64,000 nt of DNA from Amoebidium appalachense (GCA_963693365.1 CAVNZM010000002.1:310001-374000), one strand, 5' to 3'. Shown: positions 24,610 through 39,603, counted from the stretch's first letter. Numbers and translations are program-made. Notes: a model not told the origin generated them from the sequence alone.

Positions 24610-24941
24610 ACCTCGATGGTGATTTGGCCAATGGGCTTGCGCTGGTCATCGACCACCCACACACGATACGACCCCCCCAGGATGCACTGCAACCCCCCTG
24701 CCGTCAGCTCCCAATAAAACCCTCCTGCCGTCAGCTCCCAATAAAACCCCCCTGCCGTCAGCTCCCAATAAAAACCCCCTGCCGTCAGCTCCCAATAAAA
24801 CCCCCCTGCAATCAAGTTCCAAAAATCACCCCTACCCTTCCATGAAATCTCAGAGCTAGCAAACTAGTTACAGCAGTGTTACCCGCCCCTCCAACTACGC
24901 TGCTATTTGTTCCTTCTCGTCAATGTCTACCTGTCTCCTCC

Positions 24942-25001
<60 letters not shown>

Positions 25002-26149
25002 CTTCAGCAGACTACGCGTTGCTACCCTCTCACCAACAGGCTTTCTACCTGGTGCTGTTGATACTGGCCTCCCCCCTCCTCCTCTCCCCCCTCCCCTCCC
25101 TTCCCCCCCCCCCCCCCCCCCCCCCCCCCAAAACCCCCCAAACACTCACCTCCTCAACCTTCCTTCTGCTTGCAGCTCTTAGTGTAAGATTTGGCCCTCC
25201 CTAACCCCCCTCCCTCCCCCTCCTCCCCCTCCCCCCTCTCCCCCCTCTCCCCCTCGAGTCACATGTAAACCCATACATCCCCCCTCCTTCCAATCACACC
25301 CACAACCAGCCACCCCCCTCTGCCTATATTCACACCAATGAATTGTTATATGCCACCCCCTGCCCCTTCCTCCCACCCAAACACACCAACACCGAGGCCC
25401 CCCCCCCCCCCCCCCCCCCCCCCTCCTCCGCACCTTAGCCATTGCGGTGCTCAGGTCTTGGTCCTTTGTGATGTAGACGGCCGGCACGATCTGCCCGTAG
25501 TTGCGTTTGCGCAAAAACTCACCAACAGGCAGCTGGAAGGGAGGCAAGTGAACATTTGCTATGGAGGATGAATGAGGTACAAAGAATGATGAACATGGAA
25601 GCATATGCAGCTGCAAAACACACGGATATCGAGAGAAAGCAACCCCCTGGGGGGCGGGGAAGAGGGGGGAGGGGGAGGGGGGAGGGCGGAGTGGATCCTA
25701 TGCACACCTCTACCAACACAACATCGCAGAGCGGGTGAAAAGGTCTTTTATTTCACGGGGGGAGGGGAGTGGGGGCGAGGAGGAGAAAGGGCTCATACCA
25801 GCATATGTCTGCATGTGTGTGAAGAGGGGGGGAGAAGAAGGAGGGGGGAAGGGGGGAGGGGGGAGAAGAAGGAGGGGGGGGGGGGGGGGGGGTGAGAAGG
25901 GGGAAAGGTTGCACCCCCGAAGAGGGTGGGTGCGAGAAGGGGAGAGGGGGGGGGGGGGTGTGTAATACCACTGCAGTGCTTGCGCAAGGGATAGGAGGAT
26001 GGAGGATGGGAAAGAGGGGGGAAGGGAGGGAGGGGGGAAGGGGGAGGGGGGGAAACTGTGCTGTGTGTGTGTGTGTTTGGGATGGAGGAGGGGGGGGGGG
26101 AGGGGGGGGGGGGGGGGTGAGGGCAGCTGCACATATTTCTTTACTAGTG

Positions 26150-26184
<35 letters not shown>

Positions 26185-26536
26185 CAGGGGCCGGGGGGGA
26201 GGAGGAGGAGGGAGAGGGGGGCGGGGGGGGAGGGGGGGGGGGGGGGGGGGGGAGAAAGCATGTATATTCATACCAGAGCATCGAGGATGTTCCTGTTTGT
26301 GAGGCCATTGACGTTGAGAGATGACAGGGTGGCCACCAGCTTGCCCCCTCCATCCACTACAGCCAGGGCATCAACACTGTCTTCTACGTACAGCTCCCTG
26401 CGTTGGATGGTATCAGCATACAGATTCACTGAAATATTATATTGACGTGAGTAGAGAGCAGCTCCCATCACGAACAAAGTGGGCGGGCAGGGGGGGGGGG
26501 GGTTTAGGAGGGGGGGGGTTAGGGAGGGGGGGGGTA

Positions 26537-26570
<34 letters not shown>

Positions 26571-27695
26571 CAGGGTACGAAGAGCACATCCACGAGAGAC
26601 AACAGAATGCAGGGGAAGGGGAAAAGAGAAAGAAAAGAACAAAAGAAGAGAGAGAGTATGGGCGGGGGGAGGGGGGGGGGGGGGAGGCGGGAGGATAGAG
26701 AGAGTTATCAGCTTTTCCTTCTCTCCCCCTTTCCAGCCTCCCCCCCCTCCACAACCCACCCCCCTCCTGCGTCCCAATCATCCCCATTCCCACCCCCCTC
26801 CTGCGTCCCAATCATCCCCATTCCCACCCCCCCTCCTGCGTCCCAATCATCCCCATTCCCACCCCCCTCCTGCGTCCCAATCATCCCCATTCCCACCCCC
26901 CCTCCTGCGTCCCAATCATCCCCATTCCCACCCCCCTCCTGCGTCCCAATCATCCCCATTCCCACCCCCCCTCCTGCGTCCCAATCATCCCCATTCCCAC
27001 CCCCCTCCTGCGTCCCAATCATCCCCATTCCCACCCCCCTCCTGCGTCCCAATCATCCCCATTCCCACCCCCCTCCTGCGTCCCAATCATCCCCATTCCC
27101 ACCCCCCTCCTGCGTCCCAATCATCCCCATTCCCACCCCCCCTCCTGCGTCCCAATCATCCCCATTCCCACCCCCCCTCCTGCGTCCCAATCATCCCCAT
27201 TCCCACCCCCCCCTCCTGCGTCCCAATCATCCCCATTCCCACCCCCCTCCTGCGTCCCAATCATCCCCATTCCCCACCCCCCCCTCCTGCGTCCCAATCA
27301 TCCCCATTCCCCACCCCCCTCCTGCGTCCCAATCATCCCCATTCCCACCCCCCCTCCTGCGTCCCAATCATCCCCATTCCCACCCCCCCTCCTGCGTCCC
27401 AATCATCCCCATTCCCACCCCCCTCCTGCGTCCCAATCATCCCCATTCCCACCCCCCTCCTGCGTCCCAATCATCCCCATTCCCCACCCCCCTCCCCCTC
27501 CGCAAGCCGCCCAACCAGCACCTCCCCTGACCCTAAACTCCCATCGTCCCTTCCCTCCGCCCCACGTCGTCTCACCACTACCAATCAACTTGATAGGGCT
27601 AGGTGTTCGGTGTTTCAGAGGATTTAATGGGTGATTGCCGTTGATGAGTAAGGAACAGACGCTGGTGTTCAGGAGGGGAAAGGTGCAGGTATTGT

Positions 27696-27726
<31 letters not shown>

Positions 27727-28324
27727 GGGGGAGGGGGGGGTTATAAACAGTTCAGAGGGCAGAAAAGGCCTGGGATTACAGGAGGGAGTGGGGAGGGGAA
27801 GGGCGGGCCAGCGGGCCGGGGGGGGGGGGGGGGGGGGGGGGGGGAGGTGGAGTTGTTATTACCTCAGAGCATGGAGTGTCTTTGTGGTGACCCCAACTGT
27901 CTTTGCGGGGGTAGAGCCTAGGCCCAGATCACCTATGGGCTGGCGGGAATAGTCGGCTAGGCGGGGCTCATGGAGATACAGGAAGTGGAGCAGGTCACTC
28001 TGCGTCAGCATCCTGGAGGGAGGGGGGGGGGTTTAGAACGTACGGTGGGGGTGGTGGTGGTGAGGAGGGTGGAGGGGCCGGCGGAGGGGGGGGGAAAGGG
28101 GGGGGGGGGGGGGGGAGGAAACGGAGAGGAGTGGTTGGGGGATATGTATGGCAAGAATAACGAAAAAGAGAAAGAATAAGCAATGTGTGTGTATGGGGGG
28201 GGGGGGGGGGGGGGGGGGGATGTATACGACTCTCTGTGATGTTTAGTGTACCTAGACACACACACACAAACAGTCATACACCCAACACCCAAACACACAC
28301 ACACACACAAACGTATACACATCC

Positions 28325-28357
<33 letters not shown>

Positions 28358-30013
28358 ACCCACTCACCCACCCACCCACTCACCCGCTCAACCACTCAAA
28401 CCCACCTACCAACACCCACACACACACAAGCACACCCACGTACACACCTGTAGTCTCCCTGTGTCTGTACCAGCACCCTCTGTATGCCGATGGTCATGGG
28501 GTCGAATATCTCCCTGACAGTCGTAGTGTCCTCAAACATGAACAGCCCACTCTCCTTGACCCCCGCCTTTATTTCCTCCCCCATGCCGATCAGGTCCTTC
28601 ACTAGTGTGTTGGCATGCTTGAAGTCCTGAAGTTCGGCTGCCGTGGGTTCCTCCTGTGTGTGTGTTTGGGGGGAAGGGGGGGGGGGGGGGGGGGATGGGT
28701 TAGAGATGCATCACAGACGTTGTTCATTTATTGGGGGGGGGGGAGGGGGAGAAGGGAGGGACGGGGGGGAAGGGGGGGGGGGGGGGGGGGGGTATGAGGC
28801 AGAAAAGACATCCATAGACGAGGGTGGTAGAGGGCGTCGCCGCGGGGGGGGGGGGGGGGGGGGGGGGGGTCAGGTGCTGTGCAAACCCCGTCCTGCAGGG
28901 GAGAAAATGAGAGGGGGGGGAGAGGGGGGGGGGGGGGGAGGGGGGGGATTATGGTTACGGACATAGTTCTGTGATCAAAAGGATATCGACGGTTGGGGGG
29001 GAGGTGGCGAGGTAGAAATGATATAGAGTGAGAAATAACAGGCACATGGTGAAATGCGATCAAAGTGCAAAGAGTGTGCACACAAGCAGACTTCCTTGTG
29101 TCAAGAAACGCAATGGGGGGGGGGGGGGGGGGGGGGGAGGAAGGGGAGGGGGTGGGGGAAGGAGTGGATGAAGAAGGTTAGATTAGAGAGTGAAGACAAG
29201 GGAACACTGGAGGAGATTGAGGCAGTGAGGGGGATGGGACGGTCCTTTGGGGGCCGGGGGAGGGGGGGGGGGGGGGGGACGTGGACGAACGGGGGCAAAG
29301 GGAGAAAAGGAAGGTTTGAGGGGGAGGGATAGAAGTAAGGGAGAAGGACAAGGTTGGAAGAAGAACAAGCAGGGGAGAGGGGGCCGGGGACAAAAGGGGG
29401 CCGGGGGGGGGGGGGGGGGGGGGAGGGAGGGGGGGGGGGGGGGGGGCACCAGAAGAGGGGGGAAAGGGAGGGGAGAGGGGGGAAGGGGGGGGGGGGGGTT
29501 GATGTACCTGGTAGCCGAAGGAGGCAAAGGCCACGTAAGCCAGCAGGTCCAGGGTGGTGACCATGCCCTGCATCTCAGTCCCCTCCACCACGGGCAGGCA
29601 CGACACATTGTGCCGCTCGAGGGTCTCAAGTGCATCCTCAATGCTGGCCTGCGCATCAATCTGGGGGGGGGGGGGGGGGGGGGGAGAAGGGTTGCGGTAC
29701 GTCGTTAGCAAGGATATGCATGTGTGTAGGGAGGGAGGGGTGGAAGAGGTGAGGGATTGGTTGGGTTGGGGGGGGGGGGGGGGGGGAGAAAGGGTGAGAG
29801 CTGGGGGGGGGGGGGGGAGGGGGGAGGAAGAGTACAGGGGAAAAGATGAAAGCTGTGGTGACGGTTCGGAAGGAGGTGATCTTGGAATTAGTGACGGTAG
29901 AAAGTGACGTAAAGGGTGGAATAAGTCAAAGACTGTAAAGGGTGCATTATGACGTGAGAAAGATGTTGTGTCTATTACGTGAAGGGCGGGTGTGTGTGTG
30001 TGTGGTGGTGGGG

Positions 30014-30046
<33 letters not shown>

Positions 30047-30998
30047 TCCGGACGAGAATGTTGAGATAGGACGTGGGGGAAGAGGGGGAGGGGGGGGGGG
30101 GGGGTTAAGAAGTATTCGGCAATCAGAAGAGAACTTGAGCTGTGAGATTGCAGATAGGTGTGAGGGCCAGAGATTTGAAAGTCTATTGCAAAATATCAAG
30201 TGAAGGACACAAAACCGACATTGGGGGGCTTCAAATTGATTGTGTATGCGGTCTGAGAGTACGAATTAATCAATTCATGACGGACAACACAACGTGCCAC
30301 GTTGTTGCAAACTTTTTGTTTACAAGAAGAATATACAGTCTAAGCAGAGCCCACCCTCGAAGGTGTGCCAAGTAACACACAGTATCCTATATGGGGGGAA
30401 ACGGGAGGGAGGGGGGATGGGGGGGGGGGGGGGGGGGGGGTTTGCACGTGCCAGGGGGGATGGCTACTAAACCTGCACAGACTGCCACAGTGAGATACGA
30501 TTCAGTTCACGTATGTGGTCTGATATTCGGCTATTCGGTCAGAGAAAGAGAGACATTATTGATAACGAAGGTACTCAAGGGCTAGAAAAGCATGTGTTCG
30601 TTAATATTTTGTGTTATCCATGGGCTCATAAACACGCCTGGCTCCCTCACAATGCAGTAAGAAGCACAAACTGAGGATCCAAGTGTGCCTCCCAGTTGTC
30701 TCTGTCTCCGTCTTACGATACACCTTCCCCTCTTACAGCGACGACAGTAAAACGCACATAGAGGTTAAGACACAGTTGAAAAATGCATGATATACACTAA
30801 ATAGGAAGAAAATGCCAAAGGGAAACGCAGACACAAAGGAAAAACAAAACTTAACTCAAATGTACAGAGTTACTTCTGTCCACTTTGAAAAAATTCAGTG
30901 TCAGAAGGGGGGGAGACACTCACAGTGACGAGGTTCCTTTTATGGGCCACCAGCTCGGCCAGCGTGTGCTCTTGAAGGAAGTCTTTAATGTTCAGCAT
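23806..30998 (-). CDS. Four-CBS-domain protein (AMPK-gamma/Sds23-like), 8 coding exons, ~320 aa
   Basis: Exons 30998-30924, 29660-29508, 28653-28448, ~28012-27863, ~26397-26274, 25532-25434, 24686-24612 and 23889-23806 join in frame. CBS motifs include [21 protein letters not shown]...[36 protein letters not shown] and [21 protein letters not shown]. Confidence 0.88.
24691..24808. repeat. Intronic minisatellite, ~4 x 27 bp, abutting a splice acceptor
   Basis: Unit approximately ccccctgccgtcagctcccaataaaac. Confidence 0.9.
26755..27492. repeat. Intronic minisatellite, ~21 x 34-36 bp, with G-quadruplex potential on the minus strand
   Basis: Unit cccctcctgcgtcccaatcatccccattcccacc, varying mainly in C-run length. 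Each unit has four G-runs on the transcribed strand. Confidence 0.95.
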
Positions 30999-32333
30999 GA
31001 TGCCTGCACGCTCAAAAGAGAAAGAACGTGGGGGTGGTGGCTGCAATTGTACAAAGCCTTGACAAAGCCGAATGTGTATGGTACCTCCTCCTTTGGGATG
31101 AATTTTTTTAGAGAGCAGGCACAACTACAATTTTATACTTGCGGACTCTAGAATGTTACATTGACTAGATGTTTTCTTTTGTTTTTATTTTCAAGCTTTT
31201 TCACCTGAAGAATTCGATTTATAAGAAGAAAATCCTCACGGTGGTCACAGTTTTCCTTTCACGTTTCAACTTCGCTCACGGCATCGACAGCATCGACTGG
31301 GTTCCAGATGGCACGAAGGCGGATTTTTGCCAATGCCCCAAAGGGGGGTAAAACGTCAACGATACGGTGATGGACGGCAGGTTTCGGGATAAGGTAGAAC
31401 AAGTAACATAGGATTTTTACAGAATAAACACGGCACATAAATTTATTATTTTTATTTAATTGTTTCTTGTTTAATTTATATCTATACGTAGTTATAGCTC
31501 TAATGCGCAAAAGGGGCATGCACAAACTTTTACCAAAGTTGAGTAACACATAGCAAAATGTGCCCATCTCCAGAAATATCCAATTAGCGTAATCTGTGAG
31601 CCGCCTTAAACTATTAGAGGAACGTTTTGTAATTTTGTAGAAAGGGGTTCCAAGCTTCCATCTTTTGCGCCCTTTATTTATTACCCCCCAACGCAAATCT
31701 GGCTATACGGTACATTGACGTTATCAGTTATGCTGACTCGTGAACTGAGCCTCTCCGAGTCTCTCAGCCTGCTCAGTCTCCCTGCCTCCCTCAGGCTGTC
31801 TCTGGTAAATACACTTGGTGTATGCACTATGTGTATCATGCTCATGGTATATGTGCGTCATGATTGAACGTTATTCTAGCAAGAAAAGAATAGCAGTCAG
31901 AGGGGGCCCTTTTTTTTTTGTTGAAAAAGCTGGAATTGTTACTGGCCCGTGGGGATTTTGGCACACATTTTGGCAGGGTATATCATACCTGCTCGGTCTG
32001 AGGCCCTATTGAACGGTTCAACACGGCATGCCGAGTACAATCATATGGGGAGACTACGTGATGTCAGTGTGACATAAGGCGGCCACAGATGTTCGCGAAC
32101 GTGCACAGTTTGCAAAGTTTTGGACGCTTCTTCCCTTTTTCACTTGCTTCCTTTTTTCTAGACATGTTAACTGAGATCATCGGCACACCGACTGTCCATA
32201 GCACCCGTGGCTCGACAAACACTAAAGCTAGAAGGTGCATGTATACGTAGGTGAAGCTCTCTCCTACCCCTCGCGTTTTAATCCTCACCCCTCTCTTTTG
32301 CATTACATCCCGTCTCAGTAGCACACCCCCGCC

Positions 32334-32691
32334 ATGTCTCTAAGTGACCTCCTAGTAGCCGCCACGGAGGCGCTGGGCGCCGAGCATGCGCAGCTGGCAG
32401 GGCGCTTACAGGAGGCTGCCCGTGAGCTGTGTGCACGGGAGGCGGCCCTGCAGAGTGAAGCCAGCCGCCTGCAGGCAGACAGGCGCCAACTCGACGAGGA
32501 CAGGTACGTGCCTCCCTTGATTTCCTCCCTCCCTGATTCCCACACGCCAGGGCTTCCACCCTGTCCAGTCCGTTGTCATGCACCTCAGGTACGAGTCACC
32601 CGCACACACGTCTCTTCTCTCCCTCTCTCCCTCTCTCTCTCTTTACATGCTTGCTCGCTTACCATACACACGTCACGTGCACGCACATGTG

Positions 32692-32784
<93 letters not shown>

Positions 32785-32864
32785 CTCTCCCTCTCTCCCT
32801 CCCTCCGTCCCTCCCTCCCTCCCTCCCTCCCTCCCTCCCTCCCTCCCTCCCTCCCTCCCTCCCT

Positions 32865-32901
<37 letters not shown>

Positions 32902-33267
32902 CCCCCCCCCCCCCTCTTTCTCTCTCTCTATCTTCCCCCCCCCCCCCCCCCTTCCCCCTCCCCTCCCCTCCCCCCCATCCGAGGCTCCCCTCCCTTCCCC
33001 CCTCTCTTCCTCCCCTCCCCCCTCCCTCCCTCCCTCCCTCCCTCCCTCCCTCCCTCCCTTCCTCCCGGGATCCTTCCCTCCCTCCCTCCCTGCCTCCCTC
33101 CCTGCCTCCCTCCCTTCCTCCCACTTTTCCTCCCTCATCTCCCTCCCCACCCCCACCCCCCTCCCTCTCTCCTGCACTCACTCTCACACACACACACACT
33201 ATCGCTCTTTCTCTGTCGCCCTCGCCCTCTACTCTCTCTTGCCCTCACATACATATACATATATATA

Positions 33268-33332
<65 letters not shown>

Positions 33333-33383
33333 TATATAGAGGGGGGGGGGGGGGAGGGAGGGAGAGAGAGAGGCAAGGAGAAC

Positions 33384-33415
<32 letters not shown>

Positions 33416-35132
33416 GGGAGAGGGAGAGGGAGAGAGAGGGAGGGAGGGAGAGAGAGAAAGAGAGAGAAATGGAGGGAGGGGGGGGTGGGGGAAAGAGAGA
33501 GAGAGAGAGACGCAAATACACACATGATGCTCACACATACAGATATGCGCACACAGCGCGCACGCACACACACACACACACACAGAAACACCTATTGTAG
33601 TTGTTCTTTCGGTCCCCCCATGTGCTTGTCGTGGCATCCACATCCTGGATATGAATTGGACATTGCCAAACACGTGCGCTAGTGTATTAGTTATGCTACA
33701 TACAAAAGAAAGTGCCTAAATAGGGTTTTGCAGGGAGCGGTTCCAGGCAGAGTGCGAGTCTGGGCGGCAGCTGGGGGTACAGGCCAGTGACGTCATAATG
33801 CTGGACGTGGGCGGCCGCCACTTCCACACCACCCGCCGCACGCTGTGCGCCGTGCCTGGGTCCATGCTGGCCGCCTGGTTCAGCGGCCGTCACACCATCC
33901 AGACCCGCCCCGACGGCACGGTGTTCATCGACCGCTCACCCCTGCTGTTTGAATATGTGCTTGACTACCTACGCACGGGCGGCGATCACCCCTTGACCCC
34001 GCCGGACGAAAATGCAAAAGAACGGCTCCGTGACGAGTTTCAGTTTTATGGTTTGCCCTGGTTTGAGGCTGATAAACCATCCATGTTGGATTTTGTGGGT
34101 GGCGATGTGCAACACATAATTCTGGGTCATGAGTTTGAAGACGGCAATCCTATGCAAATGTATGTTGGTGCCGGTCGATTGCTGACCACGTTGAATGGCA
34201 CATTGGAAGAAGGAGTGGAGTGCGCAGGGATATTGTGGGGCTTGGCAACAGGGCAGAGGATTTGTTCATGGCCCATGGAAGACGCAGTCCACGGCAAAGT
34301 CCAAGAAATGATTCTGTTTGGCGAAGATGAGAGCGCGCAAGAGATTTTGGGGTTTTACAGGAAGGATGACGGGGTTGTAACGGCAGTCTTTTACAGCTGC
34401 CAGGACGGGTCTATGATTCGTGAACAAGTGTTGCAGGGTGAATTCAGCGAGGTGAAATGGATGGGTGCTAATAGGGAGGCTTCCATTGCCCTACTGCGAG
34501 ACGAGTCGAGAGTGTCGGCGTGGAGCCTCGACACAGGCGCGTTGCTGTGGGAGCGATTTAGAGGAACCGAGTCTTTTGATTGGTTTGGGGGCCTTAGTTG
34601 CGACACGTTCCTATATAACAACTATGGCGACAGGGGTGGTCTTGTTGTGTGCAATCTGTCTACTGGTACAGAGCTCTACAGGGTTGCTACTAGTAAGCCT
34701 TGGACCCCTGGTGATAATGACTCCGTCAGGCTGAAGGGCAAGCAACTGTGCTGCATTGTCAAAAATGGCACTGCAGTGTTTTATGAGTCGTGGGATGAGA
34801 AGGGTGTCGTACTTGTTCCATTCACCAAAATGGTTTGTGAGGGTAAAGGCCTCCATGTAGTGAGTGATGGATGTGGAGATATGATTGTAACAACCACAAA
34901 AACTGGTGTATGCATATATCCGATTGTGTTTCCTGCACCACACACGGTTGCAGTGGGCAAGGGAATTGTGGTAAGGCTGGGTGATGGTGGAGGGCCCTTT
35001 GATGATGTTGAATTAATGCGGGTGGCGGGACGGACAATAGCCGTGCTGAGTAATTCTGGTGAAATCGACTTATTTATTGTTGTGCACGAAGAGATATCTA
35101 GAAAACGGCGGAAGATAGGTAAGCGGGTTTAG
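32334..35132 (+). CDS. Coiled-coil + KCTD-type BTB/POZ domain protein with a probable C-terminal beta-propeller, 2 exons
   Basis: Exon 32334-32503 joins 33734-35132 in frame. BTB_2 signature: LDVGGRHFHTTRRTL...SMLAAWFSG...VFIDRSPLLFEYVLDYLR...EFQFYGL. The beta-rich C-terminus has VSAWSLDTGALLW-type blades. Confidence 0.9.
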
Positions 35133-35447
35133 GAACCAAATCTTAGTGTAAGGGTATGTCTGGTTTGCAGTGTACAGTGAGAGCGGATAAATGCCTGACT
35201 TATAGCAGATGCTGCTTCACGTGTGTTCATTGAGCACACCATAGCTAGCTAGCCAGTCTAGTCTCTGTCCGATCGGAGGGATCTCTCTCTCTCTCTCTCT
35301 TACATGCCCCCCCTCCGCCTCACCCCTCCCCACCTCCCCCCCCCGCGAGCTTCCTCCCTGTCATCGACCCCCTCCTCCTCTCTCCCCAGCTCCCTTAATG
35401 TGGCGCACACGTGTTTACACACCCCGAACGCATGCCGCCACCGTGAC

Positions 35448-35487
<40 letters not shown>

Positions 35488-37838
35488 TGCACACAAACGT
35501 CGACTCGCGTCAACATTTGTGGCTCCGGTCGGATCCAACGGATCCTTCGTCACACAGCTGTCACGGTCACAGCTCCGAAATATGATTCTGGTTTTTGGTG
35601 CCTTATGACCTCTTGTTCCTCTTTTTGTCCGAACAGGCGAAGCACTGCGCCTCAGTTAGAACTTGAGCTTGAGACTACTTTTTTGTAGAGGGTGTGTGAA
35701 GGCTTTGCAGCCCAATACAAGGGCGAAAAGTCACGGGTGATATCACGGACCGTCGAAGTTAAGAGTTCCGCAGCTACGGGTCGATGTCCCATGTTCTTCT
35801 GGAATGCGGAGACGGTGCGCGCAGAACCAATCCTCCGGCTGCAGACAATTGGACCAATCAAATGCTGCTGGATATCCTGGCCGCCTGCTGGATGATCGAA
35901 ACTTTCGAAAGTAACCGTCTCATCTCTTCTTCGCTGCTTATATTACCGTTTACAACGTAGCATAAGGAAGGAAGAAAACCTTCATCTCATTTCGTTTTGG
36001 CATTTATAACTTTACAACTTCTGTCCTTTGTGGAATTGATCGTCCTCAGGCTGTGCCGGCGGGACCCGCAGTGTGACGTAGACTCAGCCACTCCGGCCCC
36101 TGCGACCCCGCCCCCAGGGTGACTCGGCGGGGAACTTGGGATTTGGGAAGCTATGAGCTCAACGTTTGTGATTGGATAATCTTAGAAGGCGGGAAACAAA
36201 GACTCTCGTGATTGGATAAGAATGCACCACGGGAAACTTCTTCCTGCTTCTGCAACTCGATGCACCCGCACATGGGTTTTGTTTCAGTTCAGGAAGCTCG
36301 CAAACCCACACGAGGGAGCTGTTTGAGCGTTAACAAATTATGCAAACATGAACTTTTGGTGCAAGAAAGGGACCCCTCGTAGTGCAGTTTATGCATATGC
36401 ATTTCCCTTTATATAAATGTTGCAGACGAGAGATGCAGTTTCGCGTGTATGTAGAGGTGTGTCACAGTGTGTGAACGCATTTTGCTGTAGTGTAAACACG
36501 GAAACAGAAGTAATGGGTTGTTAGGCCTATTTATTATAAGGTGTAAACACAGAAAATTTATCATCAACTCAAAAGGTAGAGGGCAAGCGTCGCGAGTTTG
36601 AGCTCAATAAACCTGTACAGAAGGCCAGCAGGGATCAAGCTGTTTACAAACAACTTTGACGGACGCAGACGCGCGTGCATCGATACAAGAAAGGTAGGGG
36701 CACACACATTATAATATCAACTGTTGGTATTGTCTGATCGATAAGCACGTGGTTGCTCTGCACTATGAGTGGGTCACGATTTTTTTACACCTATTTGCGG
36801 GTGTACTCGGTGTGTGCACGTGCGTGTAGGCGTGTGTCCTTACAGTGACTGGAAAAACTTGCACTTGCGCTTGTCTGCAGATGCGGGGCGTGTGTAGGGT
36901 AGGTGAACGTCAGTACGCAGCTTGCCCAGTCTAGCGTAAATTGATCCTACTCAAGTTTTTCTTTAGTCAGTGTACCATGCGACAGTTACATTTTCTTCTA
37001 TGTTACAGCCACACACGGTAAACGTATGCTGCGTTGTCTGGCGGTGGGTGTTTTGGAATTGTTGAACATGTACAGCAACCATATAACGGTCTGTAAATTG
37101 CACGTAATTACAGAGCACATGCATGCATAAACAGTAATATATAAGGATAATAGGGAAGCAGGAGATGTGTGCTTCTTCGTGACTCACGAGGTCGCTGTGT
37201 CACTGATACAGTCCTCGAATTGACCTCATTATTCTCAGCAACTTCGTCATGAAAAAATATCCACCAGGTGCTAGGGTTGTAGGGGCATATAGGCAGCAAC
37301 AATATGTTTTTGTTTTCTTTCAGCATTACATACTATGGTTCTGTAACATGCCACTATGGTCTCCTAACCCGCGCATTCCCACACAGATCCAGAAACCTGG
37401 GGAGGTCAAGAAAAGAAATCACGATAAAATCCGTGACCACCACCATGGCTATCACGGCACTGCACCATCCCCCGCCCCCACCCACCCACCCAACACCCCA
37501 CCACGAGTATCCGGTAGGCAAACATGTCACGTGCACACCCCGTGCAATGTACAGAAAGCACTCTCATATACCGAAACACCTCCATTTGCACCAAACCTTA
37601 CTGTTGCATTTTATCTTGATATGGGAAAACCTGTCATCACCCTCAGGCTAGCCCAGCCTAGCCGCACGACCTTCCATTGAGTGTCCGCCCACCTTTTTTT
37701 GACAATGGGCTGCTTATCTTAGACCACAGATACGACCAAAGACACACTCTTGAACCCCGATGCACTTAGTTACTTATACAACTTAACTTGTCTGTCCTCT
37801 GTGCTCCCATATCTCTCCTTTTCCAACTTGCTCGCTCG

Positions 37839-37876
<38 letters not shown>

Positions 37877-38107
37877 ACGCAACCCCAACACACACAACCC
37901 TTTCCCTTCTTAGTTACGATCAAAGCCTATCAAACGATTCCAATGATAGAAAACCTAATAAATAAATTGCACGTGTACGTGTGTCAATATTGCAGGTTTG
38001 GAATGTCGGTTGTGTGTTTTCGCTGAACCATGGTCACACACCAATTTGGGTACGCACCCATGCGTAGGGGATGGTGTATGGCCCTGTGAGAGAATGCATC
38101 GCTTTTT

Positions 38108-38537
38108 ATGCTATTAACTAGTCGAAGGTACACAGCAACTTCTGGATGTCCGTGCACACCGCTCACCCCCGTCACACACCCACAGCGCACACTCACCTGT
38201 GTGCTCCTCACCGCGGTATTTGCTGCCACCCTTCAACCGCTCATGAACGGCTACTTCAGCGGGGTAGTGAACAACAGCAAGCACATAGTCTGGAATGATC
38301 TTGCAAAATCGGGTCAGCCAATCAGCGCACAGGATTGGGGGTTGGTGCTGGCCATGACCAATGTGGGCGGTATGATTGGCTCGCTGCTGAGCGGACCAAT
38401 GGCAAAGAGGCTGGGCCCACGTGTGGCCATTCTCATCAACAACATCTTCTACATTGCTGGTATGTTCCTTCTTGATCTCTTCAGGAGGGTGGGGGGTGGG
38501 GAGAGGGGAAGGAGGCAGGGGGAGGGGAGGGGGCGGG

Positions 38538-38592
<55 letters not shown>

Positions 38593-39182
38593 GGAGGGGG
38601 GGAGGTTAAGGAGCCTTGGGACGGGGCCGGGGGGGGGGGGGGGGGAGGGAGGGGGAGTGCGTGGTGATGGTGGGGGAGGGGGGAGGGGGGTTAAAAGAGT
38701 CGTATTGTTTTTCTGATGTCGCACGTTCCCTGTGTTCTTGGATGGGAGCGTGTAAATGTGTGGTCGTTGGGGATGACAATATGGTGGGTGAGAAGAATCA
38801 ACGGGGAGGATGTGAAGGTGTTTGTGGTGTGTGTGCGTTCGTGCATGTGTGTGTGCATGTGTGTGTGTGGATTTTGGGGGGGGGAGGGATGACGGTTGTC
38901 ACAACGGTGTGTGTGTGTGTGTGTGGGTAGGCGGGTGGGCGGGTGAATGGGTAGTTTGTTTTGTGTGGGTGTGCGTGTGTGTGCGGGTGGGTGGGTGAGT
39001 GTTGCATATATGGTTGTGTGGGGAGGCAGCGGTGATGAGGGGGGAGGGGGGGGGGGGGAGGGAAAGAGGGGGGGGGGGGGGGGGTTGAAAAGGGCAGCTG
39101 AAACGGAACATGTGGTCTTTACCATGCACGGCAATTTTATCGACATAGTCTGTATATGTTGGGTGTAGGGATAGGTGAACAG

Positions 39183-39215
<33 letters not shown>

Positions 39216-39550
39216 TGGAGGGGGAGGGGGAGGGTGGGGGGAGGGGGGAGTGGGGTGAGGGGAAGGTGGAAGGGGGATGGAAGTGCGAGGGGAGGGAAGG
39301 GGAGAGGGTTGGAAGAGGAAGTGGGTGTGGGTGTGTGTGCGGGGGTGGGGGCGGGGGGTGGGGGGGGGAAGTTAGGGCCCAGGGTGATGAGGGGGGGAGG
39401 TGGAGGGAGCCGATGAAGGCGCAAACAATAACTTGCATGCTGTGCACGGTGCATTGACCCCCCCCCTCCCCCATCCCCCCTCCCTTCCTCCCCACCACCA
39501 TCACCACAAACACACACCCACACACACACGCACACACGCGCACGCGCACG

Positions 39551-39603
<53 letters not shown>

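Noticed and set aside
26755-27492. Regular ~35-bp repeat array resembling a CRISPR array
   Set aside because: Units are directly adjacent with no unique spacers, there are no cas genes, and the context is a eukaryotic intron. It is a minisatellite.
35570-35940. Coding-like minus-strand stretch
   Set aside because: An in-frame stop, no clear start and no recognisable domain.
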